A DNA stretch of 64,000 nucleotides, taken from positions 1,130,330 through 1,194,329 of the forward strand of contig NC_069008.1 of assembly GCF_001194135.2 (NCBI RefSeq). The letters run 5' to 3'. The notes beneath the pieces are model-generated. The model was not told the origin of the DNA. It saw only the letters and a list, made by a program, of their open reading frames with translations, and ran no database searches. The number at the start of each line of letters is the position of its first letter. The stretch's first letter is position 1. This DNA is from Octopus bimaculoides (lineage: Eukaryota). Below are positions 25,694 to 37,897 of this stretch, piece after piece. The translations under genes and the position numbers were made by a program.

Positions 25694-28600
25694 TGCCTGC
25701 ATTTGTTCCCCATCACTGTTTGACAACCAGTCATTATGTGTTTATGACCCTGTAACCTTGGGGTTCAATAATAGGTGCTATTAGAACAAGTACGAGGCTT
25801 AAAAAAGTAATTCCTGGGGTCAATTTGTTTGACAAAAACCCTTCAAGACAGTACCCCTGCATAGAACATTCTAGCAATGATGTTAAATATTTATCAAAAA
25901 AATAGAACGGTATTTTTTGCAAGTCATGTTACCCCAATAAGCTTCAACTATCTCAAAATATTAGTTTCAAAAATGACATTCCTTGACGAAAGATAGATTG
26001 GTAAATAAAACTGCTTTCTGAAGTCAAAAGTAATGAAATTTTGAGTGTATATATGTCTGATTTCTGCAGTAAAAGAGTTAATTACATCAAACAACCTAGT
26101 CCTTGATTTGCTAGAAATAGCAGCCAAATCTCCCTCAACTCAGAAAATATTGACTTAACCCATTAACTGCAAAATTAAATTTCATGGTTATTCCAGGAAT
26201 GATGTTAAATGTCTATCAAAAAATGGAATTGGTATTTTCTGCAAGTCACGGTGCCTCAATAAACTTCACCTGTCTCAACAAGAAAATAATTTCAAACATG
26301 ACATTCCTCGACAAAAGATAAATTGGTGAATAAAACTGCTAATGGAATTTTGAGTGGATACATCGGATTTCTGCAGTAAAAGGGTTAAAACATGATAAAA
26401 GACACTGCCTTGCTGTGGCAACTAACTGGGTCTGCTAAAAACAGCAACAAAATCTCAATGATTTCAAACTTTACTGCTTTTAGAAGTGAAAGACAAATCA
26501 GACAGAAGGTGGTCCGAGATAGAGTGTCAGAAAATAAAAATACAGATGAAAGGGATGCCTGTGGTTGGAGCACATCTGAACATAAGTCTGCCTGATCAGA
26601 TCTGTTCAAGGGCTAAACAACAAGATATGCTATTACTGTTGTCAGGGGATAATGGGAGAGACTGTGACATGCAAGAAATAACAGCCAAATCTCCCTCAAC
26701 TCAGAAAATATTGACTTAACCCTTTAACTGCAAAATTAAATTTCATGGTTAATCCTAATCCAGGAATGATGTTAGATATCTACTGAAAAATAGAACTGGT
26801 ATTTTCTGCAAGCAACATTGCCTCAATAATCTTCATGTATCTCAACTAAAAAAATAGATTGGTATATAAAAAAAGATAGATTGGTATATAAAATTGCTTT
26901 CCAAAGTTCAGGGTAATGAAATTTGGAGAAATTTATCTGCAGTTAGAGGATTAAGAAAACTATGAACACCAAATATCGATCCCACCATAACCACCGCCAC
27001 TATACCTGCCAGTAAAACACAATTTTTTCATTTTGTTTTTCTTACCTTCAGTTGGTATGTACTTATAGAGATACACAAGCTGGTTTCTACCAGGACTGCA
27101 GAATGCCACGATATGGTCCTTCGGATGGTAGTCAATCCCAGTGACAGGTTGTTTGTAATTCATTGATGTATATTTATAAACATGATCACCTGATAGAAAG
27201 GATCAGAATGGAAGAAGAAGAAAACAACAAAACATTAATGAATAAAAACAGCAAACATTACAAAGAACAAAACCAACATAAAAATACAAACAGCACCACT
27301 GGGGGTTGATGTAATCAATTTACTCCCTCCCCCGAACTTATTGGCCTTGTGCCAACATTTGAAACCCGTGCAAGTAGCATGTAAAAAACACCATTTTGAG
27401 CATGACCGTTGCCAGTACCGTGTGACTGTCCCTCGTGCCGGTGGCACGTAAAAGCACCCACTACACTCTCGGAGTGGTTGGCGTTAGGAAGGGCATCCAG
27501 CTGTCGAAACTCTGCCAGATCAGATTGGAGCCTGGTGCAGCCTTCTGGTTTCACCAGTCCTCAGTCAAATCGTCCAACCCATGCTAGCATGGAAAGCGAA
27601 CGTTAAACGATGAGGATGATGATGATATATATATATATATATATACCAGTTATCATCATCATTTAACATCTGTTTTTCATGCTGGTATGGGTTAGACAGT
27701 TTGATTGAGGCTGGTAAGTTGGAGAGCTGCACCAGGCTCCAATCTGATTTGGCATATTTTCTACAGTTGGATGCCCTTCCTAATGCCAACCACTCCGAGA
27801 GTGTAGTGGGTGCCTACTATACACCACTAATATGAATGCCCTTTACGTGCACCAGCATGGGGGCCCTTTATGTGTCACCGGAACAGGTGCCTCTTTTACA
27901 TGTCCCCAGCCCTACATATAAATATATATCATTAGGGAAAAGTATCCAACTGTAGAAACCATGCCAAAGTAGACACTGGATCTCAGTGCAGTTCTTTTCA
28001 ATCGTGGGTCTGGTAGATTAGGCTTATTTGGGGGGGAGGGAAACAACAACAAAAAAAATAAGGCAGCAGCAGCAACATAAGGGACACAACCTTGTGTCCC
28101 CTTTGTTTCATATAAAATGCTCACCTGTCTCAGTATTCCAGACGTAAACATAGTTGTCCTCACTCCCAGACAACACGTAGCTCCCACAGGGAGTCAGTGT
28201 GCTTTGGAGATGTTTCCGGAAGTTCAGTGCTCCGATGTACTTCTGCATTACACGGAGTCTGTGGATTAGAACAAGAGATGGCACTGTAACCTGATGATGA
28301 TGATGATGATACAAATAACCATATATATTCAGATGTGCTGTAATAAAAAAGGCATGTTGGTGGTGGTGATGGGGGAAGGGGGATTGGTGACAATGGTGGT
28401 GGTGAATGGGGGGATAGTGATGATGATGGTGATTTTGTAATATCTTCTTCTTACCTCTGCCTTAGCGAAGGCAGAGGTATTGTTTTTAGTCGTGTTTGTT
28501 TGTTTGTTTGACCGTGGACAAGATATCTCAAGAACCGCTGAATGGATTCGGATGAAACTTTCAGGGATGTTTGGCCTTGTGACTGGCACGAACTGAATGG

Positions 28601-29459
28601 ATTCGGATGAAAAAGGTGCCACACAGTTGTACTGAACCCAGAACCATGTGGTTGGGAAGCAAGTATCTTACCACACAACCAAGCCTACGCCTTTCATCCT
28701 TTCGTGGGTCAATAAAATAAAGAAACCAATTCTGCACTGCAGTTGATGTAATGAAACTAGTCCCCCACCCCTCAGGCCTTGTGCGTCTAAGTAGAAATGA
28801 TTATTATTAATATACTTACATCCTCAGGTTAATCATGCGTAACACACTGTCACGGTAATGAACGAGCAATCTCCGTCCACTGCAATGTAACGTCAAGGAG
28901 TTTATTGGTATACCCTGTAAGAATGGAACAGATTGATGTAGTGACTGGTGGTGGTGGTGGTGGTGGTGGTCATGGTAGTGGTGGTTGTAATGGTGGTGGT
29001 GGTCGTGGTCGTGGTTGTAATGATGGTGGTCGTGGTGGTGTTGGTGGTGGTTGTTGTTGTGATAGTGGTTGGTAGAGGTGATGGTGGTGGTTGTTGAGGT
29101 GGTGATGATAATGGTGTGGTAGTGGTGCTGGTAGTGGTGGTGGTGGTTGTTGTCATGACGGTGATGGTGTTGGTGGTGGTTGAGGAAATAAAGTGTCTTG
29201 CTCAGGGGCACAATACATTGCTGGAAATTGAACTCATGACCTTACGATTATGAGTGGAATACTCTAACCACTAAGCCACGTGCCTTTACCTAATCTGTGT
29301 AAACAAAGGAAAATGTATGGGAAAGAAATGAAGAGGAATATTATTGTAAGGGTTTACTCACGTGGAAGTCAGGGATGGAGATGTCTTGGAACAAGGTCCA
29401 GTCTTTTTGGAATGCTATAGAGAGAGAGAGAGAGGGCAAATGAGAGAGTGAAAGAGAAT

Positions 29460-29498
<39 letters not shown>

Positions 29499-32064
29499 TA
29501 AACGAAATTTTAAAATCATATAATATGTTACTGTGACTGGAAGTGAATTAACTTAGCAAAATAACCCTGGATGTTATTATTTTTTAAATTTGCAATGGAA
29601 TTGAAACTGTTGTTGGTTGTTGGCACTCCATCGCTTACGGCAGGGGTTTTCAAACTTTTTGACTTGCAGACCCCTTTATATTTCAGGCTTTACCTTAGGG
29701 ACTCCCTTATAAATGCTTATGAAATTTATACATAAATATTTGCTTAAAATAACATATATTTTTACATTTATTTATTTAACAGTATTTTACAAATAGGTTT
29801 ATTGTCAGTTAAAAGATTTCGATTAAAAAACATATATAAAATCAAATTGCTCATAAAAAGTATTTGCTGTCCATGGACCCCCTGTCTTGTCCTTGCGGAC
29901 CCCCTGTGGTCCGCGGACCACAGTTTGAAAACTCCTGGTTTACGGCGTCGAGGGTTCCAGTTGATCCGATCAACGGAACAGCCTGCTTGTGAAATTAACG
30001 TGCAAGTGGCTGAGCACTCCACAGACACATGTACCCTTAATGTAGTTCTCGGGGATATTCAGAGTGACACAGAGTGTGACAAGGCTGACCCTTTGAATTA
30101 CAGGCACAACAGAAACAGGAAGAAAGAGTGAGAGAAAGTTGTGGTGGAAGAGTACAGCAGGGTTCACCACCATCCCCTGCCGGAGCCACGTGGAGCTTTA
30201 GGTGTTTTCGCTCAATAAACACTCACAACGCCTCGTCTGGGAAGAGTAAAAGAGTATATAAAACTAGAAAAGCACTCGGAGAGCGCAGACCTCCGCGAAG
30301 CAGCTCATTTTAAGATAGATACGCGAGTAAAATTACTAATAGAGAAACGAAAATAAACTTTGGAAACAGCAACACCACCATAGGTTACGTGGAAACAATG
30401 ACCGTGTTTTCAAGGGAGATAATCAAAGAACGTACCATTGTAATACTTCATGTAAAGTAAATATAACAAATGAAAAGTCCTTCAAGAATCCATAAAAATT
30501 CATGGATCACTACCAAAATTTCATCATCTGTTCCTTGTGTCGTTACCAACTTTTTCTGCAAGTTTCATTAAATACCGTCCACAATTTTTTGAGTTATTTG
30601 ATGGACAGACGGACAAACCAACGCCAATGAAAACATAACCTCCTTCCTTGGCGGAGGTAATTATATACAACCTATTAAGTGCCAAAAATTAGTGTCTCTC
30701 TGCTGTGTTACCTTTTTCGTTCTGTGAGTCATTGACATAGCAATTCCATACAAGAAGAATGCCGACGCTATCGCCAGAGTACATTTTCTCACCAAGTTCG
30801 TCGAAGCAGATGGCATTGATGTACCCCTTGTGAGATTCGATCTCTTGTTGCAGCTGTCGTAAGAAGAAAAGAATGAAAATACATTGCTGTTGTGTAAGAG
30901 CATTTGCGATTTGATACGACCATGGATGTTTGTGTAGATTGCAAGATGTGGGGTAGCACTCCGTCGGTTACAACGATGAGGGTCCCAGCTGATATGATCA
31001 ACGGAACAGCCTGCTCATGAAATTAACGTGCAAGTGGCTGAGCACTCCACAGACACGTGTACCCTTAACGTAGTTCTCGGGGATATTCAGCATGACACAG
31101 AGTGTGACAAGACCGGCCCTTTAAAATACAGGTACTATGCATTTTTGCCAGTTGAGCGGACTGGAGCAACGTGAAATAAAATGTCTTGCTCAAGGACAAA
31201 ATGCGTCACCGGGAATTGAACTCACGATGTCACAATTGTGAGCTGAATGCCCTAACCACTAAGCCACGCGCCTTCACTAAATTGCAAGATGTAAGTAAGG
31301 TGACATGTACTAAAAGATTAGAAGAAATATAAAAAAAGTCACAGGCATGGCTGTGTGGTAAGAAGCTTGTGTCCCAACCACATGGTTCTGGGTTCAGTCC
31401 CACTGTATGGCACCTTGGGCAAGTTTCTTCTCCTTTAGCCTCAAGCTGACCAAGGTCTTGTGAGTGGACTTGATAGATGGAAACTGAAAGAAGCCCCTTG
31501 TAATGCCCTTTATATAAATTATATATATATATATATATNNNNNNNNNNNNNNNNNNNNNNNNNNNNNNNNNNNNNNNNNNNNNNNNNNNNNNNNNNNNNN
31601 NNNNNNNNNNNNNNNNNNNNNNNNNNNNNNNNNNNNNNNNNNNNNNNNNNNNNNNNNNNNNNNNNNNNNNNNNNNNNNNNNNNNNNNNNNNNNNNNNNNN
31701 NNNNNNNNNNNNNNNNNNNNNNNNNNNNNNNNNNNNNNNNNNNNNNNNNNNNNNNNNNNNNNNNNNNNNNNNNNNNNNNNNNNNNNNNNNNNNNNNNNNN
31801 NNNNNNNNNNNNNNNNNNNNNNNNNNNNNNNNNNNNNNNNNNNNNNNNNNNNNNNNNNNNNNNNNNNNNNNNNNNNNNNNNNNNNNNNNNNNNNNNNNNN
31901 NNNNNNNNNNNNNNNNNNNNNNNNNNNNNNNNNNNNNNNNNNNNNNNNNNNNNNNNNNNNNNNNNNNNNNNNNNNNNNNNNNNNNNNNNNNNNNNNNNNN
32001 NNNNNNNNNNNNNNNNNNNTTGTCAAGCGATGTTGGGGGGACAAACACAGACACACAATCATAT

Positions 32065-32125
<61 letters not shown>

Positions 32126-33870
32126 TGTGTACGACGGGCTTTTTTCAGTTTTCCATCTACCAAATCCACTCACAAGGCTTTGGTTGGCCTGAGACTATAG
32201 TAGAAGACACTTGCCCAAGGTGCCACACAGTGGGAATGAACCCAGAACCATGTGGTTGGTAAGCAAGCTACTTACCACACAGCCATTTCTGTTATGTCCT
32301 TTATATTGCATCAAAATTTCATGCATTTATTTGTGAATTTTAGGAAGTTATAAAACATTGAAACCCATCACTGACTTTTGGGACACCCTGTACATATATA
32401 TATATTCACACAAACACATAACATACATTACCTCTCCATATTTTGAGTCTCCTTTGATGTCCCAAATTCGAATAATCTCATCATAGCCTCCCGTCACAAC
32501 TAAGTTGCCATTCATCACGTGGAAGCTGCAACAATAGACGTATGCTGGGTGGGGCAGCAGTTTCGCCACCTCGTTACTGTCAGATCTCTCATTAACCCAG
32601 ACCCTATAAAGAGAAAGAGAAATGGAATGAGCGTGAGTAAGTAAAACAGAAAAACAGTTGCTGACAGGAAGGGCATCTGGCCATAGAACATCTGCATCTA
32701 CAAATTCTGTCTGACTTAACCCTTTATTGTTTAAATCAGTCACAGCTGGGCCAAAATATTCTACCTGTTTTATGTTCAAATCAGTCAGATCTGGCCTCTC
32801 ATACCTACCTTACAATGTTATTCTAAGAAGAAACAACCTCATCATTGAAATCTTGAAGCTAGGAGATAATGCATAATTAATTCCAAATAATGTGAATAAA
32901 TAAGCATTACATTTGATAGAATAATCTGAAAGCTAAAGGATTAAGCAAACATGGAGAAGTGGATGTTAACTTTTTCAATACCAACCCAACTTAACTGGCT
33001 CAGTAGTACAAATGTCTTGTTTTCAAAATCTTCCCCCAGACCTTAGTCACAATTTATGTTGCTAACACTAGCTTAATGATAATTAAGTCATTTCACTAAA
33101 TTCTTTGTTATATTTAAAACTAATTGAAAGAAACACGGAGCATCTCAACAGAAATAGGGTAACAAAAGGGTTAAGAAGAATAATAATCAGCAGAAGACAT
33201 GAGAGAAGGAGACCCCAATGTGGTCACTCTATATGCTAGAAATAATAACCTAAATTTCCTTCTATCCACACCCTTCCAACTTCTTCTAATGTCCATCTGC
33301 CCAAATGTAGAAGTGCTTTTAACCCTTTCAATACCAACCTGGTTGAAACCACCTCTGACTCTGTAGTAGAAATGTCTTGTTTTCATAAGTTTTGAATTAA
33401 AATCTTCCACCAAACCTTAGTCACAATTTATGTTCCTAACACTAGCTTAATGATAACTAAGTTATTTTACTAAATTCTTTGTTATATTTAAAGTTAATTG
33501 AAATTAAATGATATCATTGACAAGTTGTTATTACCTGGCTGTTCCATCAGCTGAGGCCGAACATAGAAACTTGTCAGAATTTGACCAGCAGACAGCATAG
33601 ATGAGTCCAAAGTGTCCAAGGAAACGGTTAACCAGCTGACCAGTAGTGACCTGTAAGAAAACATTAATAAAACAATCATAATTTGAAATCATTATTATTA
33701 TTATTAAGGTACAGGAGTGGCTGTGTGGTAAGTAGCTTGCTTACTAACCACATGGTTCCGGGTTCATTCCCACTGCGTGGCACCTTGGCCAAGTGTCTTC
33801 TACTATAGTCTCGGGCCGACCAAAGCCTTGTGAGTGGATTTGGTAGACGGAAACTGAAAGAAGCCCATCG

Positions 33871-33907
<37 letters not shown>

Positions 33908-36900
33908 ATGTGTGTGTGTGTATATGTTTGTGTGTCTGTGTTTGTCCCCCACAACATCGCTTGACAACCGATGCTGGTGTGTTTACGTCCCCGTAACTTA
34001 GTGGTTCGGCAAAAAGAGACTGATAAGTACTAGGCTTACAAAGAATAAGTCCTGGGGTCGATTTGCTCAACTAAAGGCGGTGCTCCAGCATGGCCGCAGT
34101 CAAATGACTGAAACAAGTAAAAGAATAAAAGAAAGTCTATCAACGTTTCTTCTAGCAAATTCTGCCAAGGTTAGTTTTTGCCTTTTATCCTTTCAGGGTC
34201 AATAAAATAAGTACCAGTCGAGTACTGGGGATTGAAGTAATTGACTAGGCCCCTCCCCACAAAATTTCAGACCTTGTGGCTATGGTATAAAGAAAAAAAA
34301 CAACAAAAAAACAGCAGCCACATAGATGACACTGCAAGAAAATAGATGATGGAATAAAAAAGAGGCGTGGCTGTGTGGCAAGAACTTTGCTTCCTAACCA
34401 CGTGGTTCTGGGTTCAGTCCCTCTGTGTGGCACCTTGAGCAAGTGTCTTCTACAAGAGCCTCAGACCAACCAAAGCCTTGTGAGTGGATTTGGTAGATGG
34501 AAACTGAAAGAAGCCCATCATATGTATGTGTATGTGTGTGTATGTGTGCGTATGTGTCAGTGGTTGTCCTTCCAACATCGCTTGAAAACTAATGTTGGTG
34601 TGTTTATGTCCCCATAACTTAGCAGTTTGGTAAAAAGAAACTGATAGAATAAGTACCAGTGTTAAAAACAAAAATTAGTACTGTGGGTCAATTTATTTGA
34701 CTAAACATTTTCCATGGTGGTACCCCAGCATGGCCACATGACTGAAACAAGTAAAAAATACAAGACAATACTATTACATCACTAAAGTTCAAAACAAAAA
34801 AAAAACAAAGGCAAAAACAAACAAAAAAAATCCAACAATAAACGGACAAATAGTTGTCACAGTGACGTACCTCGTACACAAGTATTGGGTATTCATCTAA
34901 ATCATGGCATCCACAGGCAATTTTTCTGGAAGGAAAAAGAAAAGAAAGGCCTATGAGTAGTAATTTCTCAACAACATTCTATAATGTATTGTCTCCTACA
35001 GTTTCAATCCTTTTGTTCTTATGTTTCTGTTGCAATCTAAGGGTCAGCTGAAAAGTTCACAGACTGACTAAGATACTTTCATGGAATCTAACCAAATGAA
35101 GTTTATGGTACAGAAACAATTGTAACTAATCATTAAAGATATGTTAAAGTATTTCTTCACCTTATGATTTGGATTATATTTTACTCTTTACTAAATACAT
35201 ACAATAGTTTTACCGTTGTAAAACCAGGATTTTCTACCTCAGCAGGATTTCGGTATTAGCCTGGAATCCAACAGTGTTGATAGCAGTTTTCACTTTCTTG
35301 TCACTGGAATAATGTTTGCCTCTCAAACCCTCTCTCAAACCCTCTTTCATGGGGCCGAAGAGATGATAGTCCAGTGACGAGGAAGTGAAAACTGTAGTGA
35401 AGACGTGGCTCAAAGAACAGTCAACAGAATTTTACCTGGCAGGGATACATGCTCTCATTCGAAGGTGGAACATTGCTATTGAGAGAGAAGGTGACTATGT
35501 TGAGAAGTAGGGATATGATCCACAGAGGACCAGCTTCATTTTGATGTATGATACATGTTCCTGTGTTGGTAATTATACGTGTCCTAAACAAAATGGCATT
35601 ACTTTTTGACTCACCCTCGTACATTAAGTATATGTAGCTAATACACCGCCGCCACTTACTAACCTTCCATCATGAGAGAATTTGATTGTATAACATCCAT
35701 TCCATCCAGACTTCAAGGTCCTGAGAAGTGTATTTGGTACCCGACATGTCTGTCCATCCAAACGGGACCACAGGGGCAGGTCTACTTTGCTCTTTCTACA
35801 ACAGAAAAAAACAAACAAACAATCAAAAAAACCGTATAAATTATATTCACAAAATATTGGTCAGCCAAGCCACAAACATGTGTATGCATATGTATGTATG
35901 TATGTATATGAGCCAAATGCTTACAGCACATAAAATGTTCAGAGGTAAAATCTTATAAGTATACATATATGTGTGTAGTATGTTCTGGCATCAGTTGTGG
36001 AAATGAATACAGTTTACGAATAAAAACTATCAATATAGAGAATATTTTACATTATTTACATTCGAAGGATATTTGTCCTCATCTTGTTTGTTGTTAACAC
36101 AACATTTCGGCTGATATACCCTCCAGTCTTCATCAGGTGTCTTGGGGAAATTTCGAACCTGGGTTCTCATTCCTAAGGTATCTTTCGATGTTATTATTAT
36201 TATTATTATCATTAGGTATATGGTGTAGTGATTAAGAGCGTGGGCTTATAACCCCAAGATTCCGAGTTCGATTCCAGGCAGTGACCAGGATGATGATGAT
36301 GATGATAAGAAGAAGAAGAACAACAACAACATTGAAAAATACCTTAGGAATGAGAACCTTGGTTTGAAATTTCCCCAAGACACCTGATGAAGGTGTTTGG
36401 AGTGATCACTAGTGATTTGACGCTATGCTTTCATTCATCTTCCCACACGGCCTCAGATTCAACATGGAGGCCTACATCAAGTGCCTGGAGGAGGTAGTGC
36501 TGCCCTGGGTCAAGAGGGTGGCTGCTAGAAGACCCTGTGTCTGGCAACAAGACTCTGGACCATGCCACACAAGCAGGAGAATCCAGTCATGGCTGTCAGA
36601 CAATTTATGCGACCACATCACCCCTAACATCTGGCCACCTAACTCCCCAGGTTCTAACCCTGCCTAATTTTTTATGTGTGGGGCGTAGTTGAGCAAGAGA
36701 CCAACAAAACTCCTTCTAACACCAAAGATGAACTGAAGGCAAGGATTATGGCAGCATTGCCCAATGTAAACAAGGAGACCATCCAGAAGAGTTGCAGGAG
36801 ATTCCAAAGTCGTCTGGAGGCCATGGTTGGAGCCAATGGCGATTTTATTGAAAAAATTTATTCTTTAGTATTTCCAGATATTTTTATGCAATTTTGGTAA

Positions 36901-37845
36901 ACATATTTGTTAGAATGAGATGTCAGTCTTATTTTCATTTTTGCATAATTTAGATGGGAATATATTCATCGCACCCTGTATATATGTGTGTGTATTCGTA
37001 AATAAATAAATAAATAAATAGGTATATTTCGTTTTGGGATTTGGTTTGCAAGATTTTTTATGTGATTTCATGTGTTGAAGCATATTCTGTTGTGTCTGGG
37101 GAGAGTCATTTTCTTATTATTTTCTGTTAAATTTTAAGGCACAATGAGAAAACGACTCTCCCCAGACACAACTAAATAGGTATATATATAAATATATATA
37201 TGATGCAATTTCTAACAAGAAGAATGATTATGTAGAGGCTTCCTTGATTCAATTGGTTTCCTCTTTTGTTTTAATAAGATCTGCTGATTGATTGGTTTCA
37301 CTCACTTAGTCTCAATGATTGCTTCAAGCCTGTCACGGTTGAGTCCAGGAGTTGAAATACCTTTTTCCTTGAAAACAAAAAGAGACAAGAAAGAAATTAT
37401 ATCTTTGTGTGTGTATACAGGCATACAAATATAAACACATACACACACATNNNNNNNNNNNNNNNNNNNNNNNNNNNNNNNNNNNNNNNNNNNNNNNNNN
37501 NNNNNNNNNNNNNNNNNNNNNNNNNNNNNNNNNNNNNNNNNNNNNNNNNNNNNNNNNNNNNNNNNNNNNNNNNNNNNNNNNNNNNNNNNNNNNNNNNNNN
37601 NNNNNNNNNNNNNNNNNNNNNNNNNNNNNNNNNNNNNNNNNNNNNNNNNNNNAAGAAAACGAAGAACAAATGCAACAAGAAAAAAACAACAACATGACGG
37701 CGTGGTACATGCAAAGTATTAGCAGACGCTCAGGGAAAGAAAGAAAAGTAGTTTAACATTTCGAGCAAAGCTCTTCATCAGAAACAGGAGATGGAGGAAA
37801 GACCAAGAGAAAAATAAGACGGAGATATACATATATCTATATATA

Positions 37846-37897
<52 letters not shown>

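Noticed and set aside
36215-36286. Possible tRNA gene (and tRNA-like heads at 40570, 60166 and 63885)
   Set aside because: A and B boxes are present but there is no acceptor-stem pairing or Pol III T-terminator; they are SINE or retroposon heads.
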